Positions 41,527-51,968 of a DNA stretch of 64,000 nt are shown here, piece after piece. Made by a program: the position numbers and the translations under genes. Each line of letters begins with the position of its first letter. Position 1 is the stretch's first letter. A model generated the notes under the pieces. The model was not told where the DNA came from and searched no databases. It worked only from the letters and a program-made list of their open reading frames with translations. This stretch comes from Candidatus Aminicenantes bacterium (GTDB lineage: Bacteria > Acidobacteriota > Aminicenantia > Aminicenantales > JAFGBC01), in contig OY969696.1 in the NCBI GenBank assembly GCA_963702005.1, forward strand, positions 1 through 64,000, read 5' to 3'.

Positions 41527-41835
41527 ATGGAAGCAAAAATCATCAACTGTTATCTCTGCAACGAACAAGCACAACGAGAGGAATATTTTGATAAAACAAG
41601 AATCGTAAGGATAAATTGCCCAAAATGTAAAAAGTATTTGCTGACTCAGGAAGCTTTATATTTTTACTTTGAAAGAAAAGATGGAAAAATTATATTAGAT
41701 AAAATTGATAAGAAGAAGTTGTCGGATTACGTAATAGAACGCTATAATCCAGAGAAGAACGAAGCCATTCCCATTAATATTAGAATAATCGAGGCAGTAA
41801 CGGGGAAACGGTCAATCCATTCGGAGTATGAATAA
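41527..41835 (+). CDS. AT-rich small zinc-ribbon protein
   Basis: CYLC...CPKC; clear RBS and promoter. Confidence 0.75.
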   Translation: MEAKIINCYLCNEQAQREEYFDKTRIVRINCPKCKKYLLTQEALYFYFERKDGKIILDKIDKKKLSDYVIERYNPEKNEAIPINIRIIEAVTGKRSIHSEYE

Positions 41836-41856
41836 AACCGACGCTTCTCTCGCTGT

Positions 41857-44658
41857 CTACAAGCGCTTGCGGGAGGCTTTTTTCGCGGATTTCTTCGCGC
41901 CCCTTCTTGCCGGCGCCGCCTTCTTCGCGGGCTTTGGGGTTCCCGACGGCGGATTCGCAAGGGCCGCGCGGGCCGCGGCCAGGCGCGCGATCGGCACCCG
42001 GAAGGGCGAGCAGCTGACGTAGTTCAGGCCGATCAGGTGGCAGAACTCGACGCTCGACGGCTCGCCGCCGTGCTCGCCGCAGATGCCGATCTTGAGCGTC
42101 GGCCGCGTCTTGCGCCCTCTCTCCACGGCCGTCCGCATGAGCTGGCCCACGCCGTCCCGGTCGATGACCTCGAACGGGTCCTTGGCGTAGATTTCTTTCG
42201 CAACGTAGGGAATCAGGAAGCGGCCGGCGTCGTCGCGGCTGACGCCGAGGGTCGTCTGGGTCAGGTCGTTCGTCCCGAAGCTGAAGAACTCGGCCACGGC
42301 CGCGATCTCGTCGGCCGTGATGGCCCCGCGCGGGATCTCGATCATCGTCCCGACCAGGTACTTGAACTGGACGCCCTGCTCCTTCATGACGGCTTCGGCC
42401 GTCCGGCGGACGATCTTCTCCTGGTCGGCCAGTTCCTTGACGTGGCCGACCAACGGAATCATGACTTCGGGCTCGACCTCGATCCCTTTCTTTTTCGTCT
42501 GGGCGGCGGCTTCGAAGATGGCCCGGGCCTGCATCTCGGTAATCTCGGGATAGATGATGCCCAGGCGGCAGCCGCGGAAGCCCAGCATCGGGTTGAATTC
42601 GTGGAGGGAGTCGACGCGTTCGCGGACCTTCTCGTAAGCGATGCCCATCTCGGCCGCCAGCGCCCGCTGTTCCTTCTCCTCGTGGGGGAGGAACTCATGG
42701 AGGGGCGGGTCGATCGTCCGGATGGTGACCGGGCGGCCGTCCATGACTTCGAAGATGCCGGTGAAATCCTTCCGTTGGAGCGGCAGGAGCTTGGCCAGGG
42801 CGGCTTTGCGCTCGTCGAGAGTATCGGCCAGGATCATCTCCCGCATCGGGCCGATCTTGCCCTCGCCGAAGAACATGTGCTCGGTCCGGCACAGGCCGAT
42901 CCCCTGCGCGCCGAAGGCCACGGCGTTGGCCGACTGATCGGGCTGGTCGGCGTTGGTCCGGATCTTGAGCGTCCGGAATTGATCCGCCCAGGTCATGACC
43001 TTGGCGAAGGTCCGGTAAACAGGGGCCTTGGCCGGGTCGAGCGTCTTCTCGATCAGAACCTGAAGGACTTCCGAAGGTCGGGTATTGATCTTGCCCTCGA
43101 TGACCTGGCCGGTCGTCCCGTCGATCGAGACCCAGTCGCCTTCCTTGACGGTTTTGCCCTTCACGGCCATCACGCGCCGGACGTAGTCGATGATCAGGTC
43201 GCCGCACCCGGCAACGCAAACTTTCCCCATCTGACGGGCGACCAGGGCCGCATGCGAGGTCATGCCGCCGCGGGCGGTCAGGATCCCCTCGGCCGCGTTC
43301 ATCCCCTTGATGTCCTCGGGCGAGGTCTCGATCCGGGTCAAGATGACCTTCTCGCCCCGCTTCGCCCAGGCCTCGGCGTCGACCGAGTTGAACACGATCC
43401 GGCCGGTGGCGGCGCCCGGGCCGGCGTTGAGGCCCTTGGCCAGGAGGCGTCCGGACTTGACGGCGCCCTCCTTCTCGGCGGGGTCGAAGATCGGCCGGAG
43501 GAGCTGGTTGAGCTGGTCGGGCTCGATGCGGGCCAGGGCCTCTTTCTCCGTGATGAGTCTCTCCTCCACCATGTCGACGGCGATCTTGATCGCGGCGAAG
43601 GCGGTCCGCTTGCCGACCCGGCACTGGAGCATGTACAGCATGCCCTGCTGGATGGTGAATTCGATGTCCATCATGTCCCGGAAGTGCTTCTCCAGAATGT
43701 GCCGGATCCTCTCGAGCCGGGCATGGGCCTTGGGGTCGTCCGTGCGGAGGTCGGAGATCGGGAGCGGCGTCCGGATGCCGGCCACGACGTCCTCGCCCTG
43801 GGCGTTCATCAGATACTCGCCGTAGAAGGTGTTCTCGCCGGTGGCCGCGTCGCGGGTGAAGGCGACCCCGGTGCCGGAGTCGTTCCCCATGTTGCCGAAC
43901 ACCATCAGCTGGACGTTGACGGCCGTGCCCCAGGAATCGGGGATGTCGTAGAGCTTCCTATAGGCGACGGCCCGCTCGTTGTCCCAAGAGCCGAAGACCG
44001 CCCCGATCGCGCCCCAGAGCTGTTTCATCGGATCTTCGGGGAATTCGTGGCCGGTCGTCTCCTTGATGGCGGCCTTAAAGCGGACGACGAGGTCCTTGAG
44101 GTCGTCGGCAGTCAGGTCGGTGTCGTTCTTGAGGCCGCGCTCGATCTTCTTACGCTCGATGATGGCCTCGAACGGGTCGATGTCGTCCTTGTGGACCGGC
44201 TTCAAGCCGAGCACGACGTCGCCGTACATCTGGACGAACCGGCGGTAGGAGTCGTAGACGAACCGCGCGGTCCCGGTCTTGGCGACGAGGGCCGCGGCCG
44301 TCGTCTCGTTCAGCCCCAGGTTCAGGATCGTGTCCATCATGCCCGGCATCGAGGCCCGGGCGCCGGAGCGGACGGAAACAAGGAGGGGGTTCTTGGGATC
44401 GCCGAAGCCCTGCCCGGCCGCTTTCTCCAGCTTCTTCAAGTTCTTCGCGACCTCCCGCCTGACGGCCTCCGGAATCTTCTTCTTGCTCTTATAGAAAAGG
44501 CTGCAACCTTCGGTCGAAACCGTGAATCCGGGGGGAACGGAAAGACCGATCCCGGCCATCTCGGCCAGGTTGGCGCCCTTGCCGCCCAACAGGGCCTTCA
44601 TGTCTTTATTGCCTTCGGCCTTGCCGGCGCCGAAGAAGTACACGTATTTTTTAGCCAT
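41857..44658 (-). CDS. ppdK: pyruvate, phosphate dikinase
   Basis: [58 protein letters not shown]. Confidence 0.97.
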   Translation of the reverse strand: MAKKYVYFFGAGKAEGNKDMKALLGGKGANLAEMAGIGLSVPPGFTVSTEGCSLFYKSKKKIPEAVRREVAKNLKKLEKAAGQGFGDPKNPLLVSVRSGARASMPGMMDTILNLGLNETTAAALVAKTGTARFVYDSYRRFVQMYGDVVLGLKPVHKDDIDPFEAIIERKKIERGLKNDTDLTADDLKDLVVRFKAAIKETTGHEFPEDPMKQLWGAIGAVFGSWDNERAVAYRKLYDIPDSWGTAVNVQLMVFGNMGNDSGTGVAFTRDAATGENTFYGEYLMNAQGEDVVAGIRTPLPISDLRTDDPKAHARLERIRHILEKHFRDMMDIEFTIQQGMLYMLQCRVGKRTAFAAIKIAVDMVEERLITEKEALARIEPDQLNQLLRPIFDPAEKEGAVKSGRLLAKGLNAGPGAATGRIVFNSVDAEAWAKRGEKVILTRIETSPEDIKGMNAAEGILTARGGMTSHAALVARQMGKVCVAGCGDLIIDYVRRVMAVKGKTVKEGDWVSIDGTTGQVIEGKINTRPSEVLQVLIEKTLDPAKAPVYRTFAKVMTWADQFRTLKIRTNADQPDQSANAVAFGAQGIGLCRTEHMFFGEGKIGPMREMILADTLDERKAALAKLLPLQRKDFTGIFEVMDGRPVTIRTIDPPLHEFLPHEEKEQRALAAEMGIAYEKVRERVDSLHEFNPMLGFRGCRLGIIYPEITEMQARAIFEAAAQTKKKGIEVEPEVMIPLVGHVKELADQEKIVRRTAEAVMKEQGVQFKYLVGTMIEIPRGAITADEIAAVAEFFSFGTNDLTQTTLGVSRDDAGRFLIPYVAKEIYAKDPFEVIDRDGVGQLMRTAVERGRKTRPTLKIGICGEHGGEPSSVEFCHLIGLNYVSCSPFRVPIARLAAARAALANPPSGTPKPAKKAAPARRGAKKSAKKASRKRL

Positions 44659-44735
44659 GATAGAAGCTCCTAAGTGAGGATAAACTAAGTGAGTTTACCC
44701 GGAAGTCGGATAAAATGCAAGCGCGCCCATGACCC

Positions 44736-45464
44736 CTATCGGCGGCGGAGCTTGATGCGGAGGAGCTCCCCGAGCATCCCGGCCGCGCCCCGGACGATGC
44801 GGACCCGGCTCGGGGCGGAATGCCGCCAGACGATCGGAACCTGGCCGATTCGGTATCCGGACTCGCGGCATAAATAAAGGACTTCGGCGTCGAAGGCGAA
44901 TCCGGGAGTCCGGAGGCGGGAGAAAAGGTCCAGGGCGGCAGCCCGCCGAAAGAGCTTGAACCCGCACTGAGTGTCTGGGATGCCCCGGAGGAGAAGGAGG
45001 CGGACGAACAGGTTGAAGGTTTTTCCCATAAGCTCCCGGACGGGGTTCTGGCGGACCTGAATATCGGAACCGGGAAGGGCCCGGGAGCCGATGACGACGT
45101 CGCAGCCTTCCTCGATCCTCGGCCAAAATTTGGCGATCTCCTCGATCGGGGTCGAGAGGTCCGCGTCCGTGAACAGGACGAAGGCTCCGCGGGCCGCGAG
45201 AACTCCCTCCCTGACCGAGAAGCCTTTCCCCCGGTTGACGGATCGCCTCAGAACCCGGGCGCCGGGCGTCCCGAGGAGGGCGTCCTCGGCCTGGAGCGCG
45301 GTCCGGTCCCGGCTGCCGTCGTCGACGACGACGATCTCGCTCGTATAAGCCTGGCCTTCGAGATATTCCCTTACTCGGGCCAGGGTCGGGCCGATCCGGC
45401 CCTCCTCGTTATAGGCGGGGACGACGACGGAAAGATAAATTTTGCCGCTCGTCGAGGTTGTCAT
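44736..45464 (-). CDS. GT2 polyprenol-phosphate glycosyltransferase (DPG synthase-like)
   Basis: VVPAYNEE, VDDGSRD, FTDADLS, DTQCGFK. Confidence 0.88.
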   Translation of the reverse strand: MTTSTSGKIYLSVVVPAYNEEGRIGPTLARVREYLEGQAYTSEIVVVDDGSRDRTALQAEDALLGTPGARVLRRSVNRGKGFSVREGVLAARGAFVLFTDADLSTPIEEIAKFWPRIEEGCDVVIGSRALPGSDIQVRQNPVRELMGKTFNLFVRLLLLRGIPDTQCGFKLFRRAAALDLFSRLRTPGFAFDAEVLYLCRESGYRIGQVPIVWRHSAPSRVRIVRGAAGMLGELLRIKLRRR

Positions 45465-45596
45465 GGGCGGTTGCGCTCAAGCGTTCGCGGGTATTATATA
45501 ATATTTTATTCAACTCATCCCTAACGGAAGATTGACATTAACTTTTCCGTTCAGGGATAATTGGAGCCGAGGGACGAAAGACAAAAGGAGCCTAAG

Positions 45597-46016
45597 ATGA
45601 AAAAAATCTATTTCGCCGCGATCGCATGTATCCTGATCGGCGGGCTTGTCTCCTGCGCCGCCAGCCACTCCTCGGCCGCCATGAATTATTACCACGGGAA
45701 AACGGTCCCGGCCGAGTACTTCCGGGTCGTCCGCCATACCGCGACCGAGATTGAGTTCGAGGTCCGGGTCAAGTTCCGCCAGGATCATCTCTACCATCTC
45801 GTCCTGGACGGCAACACGCCGCTGGCCGAGGGATGGTTTCCCACGACCAAAGGCGAGGAGCCGTCTTACACCGTGGTCCTTAAAGCCAAGCCCGGAGTCG
45901 AGTTCGTTTCGGGCAAGCCCTACCGGCTCTGCATCGGAGATCAGAATCCCGAACTCGTCAGCGTCCATTCCACGAACTACAACTGCACGGCCGATTACGA
46001 GTTCAAGCTGGATTAG
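45597..46016 (+). CDS. hypothetical lipoprotein
   Basis: MKK plus hydrophobic stretch plus LVSC lipobox; AGGAG RBS. Confidence 0.75.
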   Translation: MKKIYFAAIACILIGGLVSCAASHSSAAMNYYHGKTVPAEYFRVVRHTATEIEFEVRVKFRQDHLYHLVLDGNTPLAEGWFPTTKGEEPSYTVVLKAKPGVEFVSGKPYRLCIGDQNPELVSVHSTNYNCTADYEFKLD

Positions 46017-46428
46017 GCTTTCCCGCGTTCGACAGCCAGACCGTTAGAGACATAAATAGCAGGGCCGCGTCCTGAAGGATGAGCCCCAGGTCGGCTTTCC
46101 GGCTTAGGCTCCCGAAGCAGCCGCAGTCGACGTCGATCCCCCGGGCGATGGTCACCGCGACCAGGATGATGAACCCCGCCAGCATCAAGGATAGAAGGAG
46201 TGCGTTCGTCCTCCGCCAGAGTCCGACGATGAGGAGAACTCCCGCCGTAAGCTCGAGCCAGGGCAGGACGACCGCGACCCAGAAGGCGATCGTGTTGCCG
46301 ACGACCCGGTAGTTGGCGATATTCTGGGCGAAGCCGAGCGGGTCCCGGATTTTAAGAACGGCCGACCAGACGAATATGCCGCCCACGATAAGGCGGAAAA
46401 TACAAAGGACCGCCTTATTCCGGATCAC
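46003..46428 (-). CDS. MauE/DoxX-family membrane protein
   Basis: RLIVG, LPWLE, DCGCFG. Confidence 0.85.
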   Translation of the reverse strand: MIRNKAVLCIFRLIVGGIFVWSAVLKIRDPLGFAQNIANYRVVGNTIAFWVAVVLPWLELTAGVLLIVGLWRRTNALLLSLMLAGFIILVAVTIARGIDVDCGCFGSLSRKADLGLILQDAALLFMSLTVWLSNAGKPNPA

Positions 46429-46912
46429 TTCCCACCTCGACCGGGAAGCCGGCCGTCAGCCATTCCGCCCAGCCGCCCTGGAAAATTTTGATGGCCGTGA
46501 ATCCGGCCTCATGTAGGATGCGCGCTAAAAGGATGCTCGTCTGGCAGTCCCCCCCGTTGCAGTAGACGACCAAAGGATGGTTTGGGGCGATTCCCAGCGC
46601 CCCGGGCGTGGCCAGGGCTGCGTTCTCCTCCGCCTTTTTGAGCGGGACGCTCTTCGCGCCGGGGACGTGGCCCTCTCCGTATTCATCGCGGGGACGGCTG
46701 TCGACGAACAGGGCGGCCCCGCTTTGGAACAAGTCCCCGGCCTCGGCTAAACCGATGAAGGTGACCCCCGGCGTTCCCGCCGGAAGAATCAGGCTTTCGG
46801 CGAAATCCCCCCTCAGCTCGCGCCGGATCAATCCCAAGTTGAAGAGGACGGCCGGGAGGAGGGCTATCGAGACGATCGCGGAGAGCTCTTTAGCGGTCTT
46901 TCTCCAATCCAC
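46415..46912 (-). CDS. membrane-anchored rhodanese-domain protein
   Basis: FVDSR, GHVPGA, VYCNGGDC, GGWAEW. Confidence 0.85.
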   Translation of the reverse strand: MDWRKTAKELSAIVSIALLPAVLFNLGLIRRELRGDFAESLILPAGTPGVTFIGLAEAGDLFQSGAALFVDSRPRDEYGEGHVPGAKSVPLKKAEENAALATPGALGIAPNHPLVVYCNGGDCQTSILLARILHEAGFTAIKIFQGGWAEWLTAGFPVEVGSDPE

Positions 46913-46918
46913 GGTCCG

Positions 46919-48115
46919 TCAAGGATGAAGGGTCTTGTACTTCTCCAGCCCGGCCCGGAAGGCCACGACGGCCTTCTTGAGGTCCTCTTCTTTAAGGACG
47001 TAGGCGATGCGCATCTCGTCCCGCCCCTTGCCCGGCGTCGTGTAGAAACCTTCGGCGGGGGCGACCATGACGGTCTGGTTCTCGTGGCTGAAGTCGGTCA
47101 GCATCCAGATCACGAAGTGCTCGACGTCCTTGACCGGGATCTTGACGATCATGTAGAAGGCGCCCTGCGGCTTGTAGAGGGAGACGCCCGGAATCGCCTT
47201 GAGCCCCTCGTAGAGGACGTCCCGCCGCCGCTGGTACTCGACCCGGACCGGGTCGAAATATTTAAGCCCCATCTTGTAGGCGGCGATGGCGGCCCTCTGC
47301 TCGACCGAGGGCGGGCAGAGCCGGGCTTGGGCGAACTTGAGGGCGGCCTGGTAAATGTCCTTGCTCCGCGTAATCAGGGCCCCGATCCGCGCCCCGCAGC
47401 AGGAAAACCTCTTGGAGATGCTGTCGACGACGATCGTCCGGTCCTCGACCTCCTTGTACTCGAGGATGCTCTTATGGATGAGCCCGTCATAGACGAGCTC
47501 CTTGTAAACCTCGTCTCCGATCAAATACAAGCCGTGCTTCTTGACCAGGCGGACGACTCGCTCGAGCTCCTCGGCCGTGTAGACGGTCCCGGTCGGGTTG
47601 TTGGGCGAGCAGATGAGGATGGCCCGCGTCCTTTTCGTGATCTTGGCTTCGATCTCTTTCTCCGAGGGCAGCCGGAACCCGTCCTCGCCGCGCAGGGTCA
47701 GCGGAACGAGCTTGACGTTCGCGAAGTAGGCGTAGCCGTTGTAATTCGTGTAGAAGGGCTCGAAGACGATGATCTCATCGCCCGGGTCGGCCACGACATT
47801 GAAGGCGAACAAGATGGCTTCCGAACCGCCCGTCGTGATCAGGATGTTGTCGGGGACGAGCCGAATGCCGTAGTCGGCGAAATAGTCGCACATGGCCGTA
47901 TGGAGTTCCTTGAACCCTTGAGCCGGCCCGTAGCTCAGGACGGGATCTTTAAAGGAGCGGAAGGCTTCGAAGACGGGCTGGGGGGTCGGGACATCGGGGT
48001 CGCCGATGTTGAGAAAATAGATGTGAACGCCCTTGGCCAGGGCCTGATCGGCGTAGGGCTTGAGCTTACGGATCGGGGACGCCTGGATCATTTGCCCGCG
48101 GAGGGAGATATTCAT
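46919..48115 (-). CDS. class I/II PLP-dependent aminotransferase (aspartate aminotransferase-like)
   Basis: LNIGDPD, SPNNPTG, DEVY, SISKRFS. Confidence 0.9.
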   Translation of the reverse strand: MNISLRGQMIQASPIRKLKPYADQALAKGVHIYFLNIGDPDVPTPQPVFEAFRSFKDPVLSYGPAQGFKELHTAMCDYFADYGIRLVPDNILITTGGSEAILFAFNVVADPGDEIIVFEPFYTNYNGYAYFANVKLVPLTLRGEDGFRLPSEKEIEAKITKRTRAILICSPNNPTGTVYTAEELERVVRLVKKHGLYLIGDEVYKELVYDGLIHKSILEYKEVEDRTIVVDSISKRFSCCGARIGALITRSKDIYQAALKFAQARLCPPSVEQRAAIAAYKMGLKYFDPVRVEYQRRRDVLYEGLKAIPGVSLYKPQGAFYMIVKIPVKDVEHFVIWMLTDFSHENQTVMVAPAEGFYTTPGKGRDEMRIAYVLKEEDLKKAVVAFRAGLEKYKTLHP

Positions 48116-48339
48116 GGATGAGGCCTCCTGTTCCGAATAAGGCGAGAGTTGATTATGTGCCAAATTCCGCCGGGATGTCAACGGCCATTCCCGGCCATTC
48201 CGAACCCGTCCGGTTTTGTATTTAAATTATTATCAATTACTTAAGTTTATGTTGGGACCTCGGATCCGCGCTCTTCGAATAAGGGTTGCCAAGCGTCCCC
48301 CTTTTTTGTTATGTTCTGTCGCGGCAAGGCAACGCTGCC

Positions 48340-49137
48340 ATGTTCAAAGACTCGGAGCCCAGGATCGTCGGCAAGGAAAGCTGGGGGGATTACTTTCTCC
48401 TGACCTTCGACTCCCCGGCCGTATCGGCCCTGGCCCGGCCCGGCCAGTTCCTGATGATCAAGGTCGCTGACGAACCTTATCCCTTGCTGCGCCGCCCGCT
48501 CGGGATCCACTCCCGGAAGGATAGAACCCTCGGCGTCTTTTTCAAAGTCGCCGGCGTCGGGACCGCGCTCCTCGCCCGCAAAAAGCCGGGCGAGACGCTC
48601 GATATCCTCGGCCCGCTCGGCAAGGGATTCAGCGTCGATCCCTGCCTGGCAGGGAAGCCGGTTATCGCCGTCGGCGGCGGCCGCGGCATCGCGCCCCTCT
48701 ACTTCCTGGCCTGGGAGCTCCGGGCCCTGGGCGCTTCGGTAAAAATCCTCTACGGCGGCCGGACCAAGGACGACGTCCCGCTCGCCGCGCGCCTCCGCGA
48801 CGAGGCCTTCGACCTCATCGTGACGACCGACGACGGGACCGTGGGACGTAAGGGATTCGTAACGGCCGCCCTGGAGGAGGAGGCTGGGAAATCCGCGCCG
48901 ACCATGATCTTCGCCTGCGGCCCCGACCCGATGCTCGAGGCCGTCGCCCGGCTCGCCCGCGCCCGGACCCTGTCCGCCGAGCTCTCGCTCGAGAGCCGGA
49001 TGGGCTGCGGTTTCGGGGCCTGCTGGGGCTGCGTCCAGAGGGTCCGCGTCGAGGGCAAGCCGGAATGGGTCAAGATCTGCGAGGACGGCCCGGTCTTCCC
49101 GGCCGAGTCCGTCGTTTGGGAGAAGGAGTCGCCATGA
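48340..49137 (+). CDS. pyrK: dihydroorotate dehydrogenase electron transfer subunit
   Basis: LLRRPL, GPLGKGF, GGGRGIAP, ACGP, MGCGFGACWGC...ICEDGPVF. Confidence 0.9.
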   Translation: MFKDSEPRIVGKESWGDYFLLTFDSPAVSALARPGQFLMIKVADEPYPLLRRPLGIHSRKDRTLGVFFKVAGVGTALLARKKPGETLDILGPLGKGFSVDPCLAGKPVIAVGGGRGIAPLYFLAWELRALGASVKILYGGRTKDDVPLAARLRDEAFDLIVTTDDGTVGRKGFVTAALEEEAGKSAPTMIFACGPDPMLEAVARLARARTLSAELSLESRMGCGFGACWGCVQRVRVEGKPEWVKICEDGPVFPAESVVWEKESP

Positions 49138-50045
49138 GCGACCTCTCGATCGACCTCGGCTTCCTCAAGCTCAAGAATCCGATCCTGGCCGCGAGCGGGA
49201 CCTTTGGCTACGGGCTTGAGTTCGAGCCCTTCCTCGACCTCAACCGGCTGGGCGGATTTGTCGTCAAGGGCCTCCACTACGGACCGCGCGAGGGCAATCC
49301 GCCGCCCCGCCTGGTCGAGACGGCGGCCGGGGTTATCAACGCCATCGGACTCCAGGGAATCGGGGTCGAGGCTTTCGCCGACAAGGTCCTCCCCAAGCTT
49401 CAGACCCTGAAGACGGCCGTCATCGTCAATGTCTGCGGCGGCTCCGACGAGGAGTACGTCCGTGTCGTGGAGTTCCTCAACGCCCGGGAGGGGATCGCCG
49501 CCTACGAGCTCAATATCTCCTGCCCCAACGTCAAAAAGGACGGGGCCTGCCCCGCCACCAGCCCCGAAAGCACCCGGGCCATCGTCCGCAAGGTCAAGCG
49601 GGCGAGCCGCCGCCCCGTCATCACCAAGCTCTCCCCCAACGTGACCGATATCGTCGAGATCGCCCTGGCCGCCCAGGAGGCGGGGACGGACGCCGTGGCC
49701 CTGGTCAACACCTTCCTGGCCATGGCCATCGACATCGAGACGCGGCGCCCCAAGCTCGGGAACGTCATGGGCGGACTGAGCGGGCCCGCCATCAAGCCGA
49801 TCGCCCTCCGGATGGTCTGCCAGGTCGCCTCGCGGGTCAAGGTTCCGGTCATCGGGATGGGAGGGATTTGGTCGGGCGCGGACGTCCTCGAATTCATGAT
49901 CGCCGGCGCCCGCGCCGTCCAGGTCGGGACGGCCAACCTGGTCGATCCCGACGCCTGCCTCCGCATCCTGGGCGAGGTCGAGGACATCTGCCGCGGGAAA
50001 GGCATCGAGCGGCTGGAAGACGTCGTCGGGACCGTCAAAATATAG
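49134..50045 (+). CDS. pyrD: dihydroorotate dehydrogenase class 1B catalytic subunit
   Basis: ASGTFGYG, ELNISCPN, KLSPNV, GGLSGPAIKP. Confidence 0.93.
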   Translation: MSDLSIDLGFLKLKNPILAASGTFGYGLEFEPFLDLNRLGGFVVKGLHYGPREGNPPPRLVETAAGVINAIGLQGIGVEAFADKVLPKLQTLKTAVIVNVCGGSDEEYVRVVEFLNAREGIAAYELNISCPNVKKDGACPATSPESTRAIVRKVKRASRRPVITKLSPNVTDIVEIALAAQEAGTDAVALVNTFLAMAIDIETRRPKLGNVMGGLSGPAIKPIALRMVCQVASRVKVPVIGMGGIWSGADVLEFMIAGARAVQVGTANLVDPDACLRILGEVEDICRGKGIERLEDVVGTVKI

Positions 50046-50076
50046 AAGGGCCGTTCTCATCGGGAAAGGAAGAGCC

Positions 50077-50808
50077 ATGACTCAAGTCCCTGCCGCGGAG
50101 CGCGTCATCATCGCCCTCGACGTCAAGAACAAGGACGAAGGGCTGACCCTGGTCCGGACGCTCGAGAGCGCCGTCCTGTTTAAGGTCGGGCTCCAGCTCT
50201 ACACGGCCGAGGGCCCGGTTTTGCTCAAAGACATCCAGGGGCTGGGGAAGAAGGTCTTCCTCGACCTCAAGCTCCACGACATCCCCAACACGGTCGCCGA
50301 GGCCGTCCGGTCCGGGCTGAGGCTTGGGGCGTGGATGATGACCATTCATACCTCGGGCGGAAGGGAGATGATGGCCGAAGCCGCTAAAGCCGCGGCCGAC
50401 GAGGCCGCGAAAACAGGAAAGCCCAAGCCGTTGCTGCTGGGCGTCACGGTCCTGACCAGCCTCAGGGACGCGGAGCTTCAAGAGGTCGGGTTCGCGGGGA
50501 AAGTCATGGACCAGGTTGTAAGGCTGGCCGCGCTGGCCAAGGCGGCCGGCTTGGATGGAGTCGTTTGCTCGCCCCTGGAGATCGAGGCCGTCCGCCGGGA
50601 GTTCGGGACGAGTCTCCTGATCGTGACCCCGGGCATCCGGCCGGCCGGCGCGGACGTTCACGATCAGAAACGGATCATGACGCCCGCTCGGGCGGTCGCG
50701 TTGGGGGCGGACTACCTGGTCATCGGACGGCCGATCACGGCCTCCCCCTCGCCGGACAAGGCGTTCCGCGATATCGCGGCCGAGATTACAGCCCCGGCCG
50801 GAAGATGA
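50077..50808 (+). CDS. pyrF: orotidine-5'-phosphate decarboxylase
   Basis: FLDLKLHDIPNT, VTVLTS, TPGIRP, VIGRPI. Confidence 0.95.
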   Translation: MTQVPAAERVIIALDVKNKDEGLTLVRTLESAVLFKVGLQLYTAEGPVLLKDIQGLGKKVFLDLKLHDIPNTVAEAVRSGLRLGAWMMTIHTSGGREMMAEAAKAAADEAAKTGKPKPLLLGVTVLTSLRDAELQEVGFAGKVMDQVVRLAALAKAAGLDGVVCSPLEIEAVRREFGTSLLIVTPGIRPAGADVHDQKRIMTPARAVALGADYLVIGRPITASPSPDKAFRDIAAEITAPAGR

Positions 50809-51373
50809 AGATGGCGCCGATGATGAGGTTGACGACGAAGGACAGGACGATCACGACGACGATGCTGACGACGAGGTAGATCATGACCTTGTCCTTGGGC
50901 GTATCCATCAGGGGCGTCGCGAAGCCCAAGTAGAGAACGTAGAGCCCGTAGAGGCTGGCCAGGATGACTAGAATGCCGAGCGCCGGAATGATGTACAGGA
51001 CGCCGGCGACCCACATCGGTGTCATGCTGTAGATGGCCAGCTTCATGGCGTTGTTCATGTTCTGGGTCGAGCCGAAGCTGGGCGCCAGGGCGTTGATGAT
51101 GAACCCGAACAGGTAGACCGAGACCAGCGAGAAGACATAGAAGACCACGGCCCGGGCGAGGGAGGTCCCCAGCCCGAACCGAAACATGCCGTAAAAGGGG
51201 ATTCGCATCCCGATCAAGCCGAACCCGATGAACTGGGCGATGGCCGGGATGGCGGCGAGGAGAACGGCGTAGGAGGTGAAAAGCTGGGCGACCGTGGTCG
51301 ATTCGCCTTTGATCTTGACCCATTCTTCCTTGGGCTTAAGCAGAATGGCCTGTGCTCTCGATACTAATTCCAT
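50786..51373 (-). CDS. Yip1-domain membrane protein
   Basis: ILLKPKEEW, INALAPSFG, YSMTPMWVAG, LYGLYVLYLG. Confidence 0.8.
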   Translation of the reverse strand: MELVSRAQAILLKPKEEWVKIKGESTTVAQLFTSYAVLLAAIPAIAQFIGFGLIGMRIPFYGMFRFGLGTSLARAVVFYVFSLVSVYLFGFIINALAPSFGSTQNMNNAMKLAIYSMTPMWVAGVLYIIPALGILVILASLYGLYVLYLGFATPLMDTPKDKVMIYLVVSIVVVIVLSFVVNLIIGAIFIFRPGL

Positions 51374-51427
51374 TCCTTCCTCCTTTGGGATAATTTCAAG
51401 GCCTTTATACCTTTTTTGGACGGACCC

Positions 51428-51500
51428 TGTCAATCCCTCGACCCCAAGCCATATGGCGCGGGTCGTTCAGGGTGACCCTGAGCTTCGGCGAACGGGTCAA
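51428..51500. repeat. REP-like unit, family A
   Basis: gtcaatccctcgac-[hairpin]-gggtgaccctgagcttcggcgaacgggtcaa; similar units at 51781-51932 and 55599-55658. Confidence 0.65.
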
Positions 51501-51557
51501 CTGGAAACGGCCCCCGGGTCCGTCAACCATTCATCGCTCGCCCTCGCAAAAGGACAG

Positions 51558-51633
51558 TGGAGGCGCGGGCCGGACTCGAACCGGCGAATCGAGGTTTTGC
51601 AGACCTCTCCCTTAGCCACTTGGGTACCGCGCC
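51558..51633 (-). tRNA. tRNA-Cys(GCA)
   Basis: Cloverleaf with gaggt-ctGCAaa-acctc, GTTCGAG T loop and encoded CCA. Confidence 0.95.
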
Positions 51634-51651
51634 TTATTCATGACGGAAAGC

Positions 51652-51726
51652 TGGAGCGGGCGATGGGACTTGAACCCACGACCTTCTGCATGGCAAGCAG
51701 ACGTTCTACCACTGAACTACGCCCGC
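51652..51726 (-). tRNA. tRNA-Gly(GCC)
   Basis: Cloverleaf with tctgc-ttGCCat-gcaga and encoded CCA. Confidence 0.95.
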
Positions 51727-51780
51727 TCTCGATGAAACCTCATCCGAATACCGGCTTAAGCTAACAAAAACGGCCCATCC

Positions 51781-51932
51781 TGTCAACCCCTCGACCCCCG
51801 GCTATCAGCGGGGGCTTGTATAGGGGTAACCCTGAGCCTCGGCGAATGGGTCAACCCCTCGACACCCATACTAAGCCGGAAACGGCTTAGTATGAGGACT
51901 GCAAGGCTGGGTGGCCTCGGCGAACGGGTCAA
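51781..51932. repeat. two tandem REP-like units, family A
   Basis: gtcaacccctcgac...ctcggcgaa(c/t)gggtcaa occurs twice. The second unit holds the hairpin catactaagccg-gaaa-cggcttagtatg. Confidence 0.7.
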
Positions 51933-51968
51933 GGCCGCGGACGGGCGAGGGCGGGACTTTCGCTTCGG

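Noticed and set aside
42037-44673. Long antisense ORFs (also 37342-39090, 58025-60154, 20857-22353 and others)
   Set aside because: Shadow frames of high-GC genes with no recognisable motifs.
48120-48339. PyrR attenuator or riboswitch upstream of pyrK
   Set aside because: Only an AT-rich divergent promoter region and a 10-bp tandem repeat are visible; no PyrR-binding loop or terminator was recognised.
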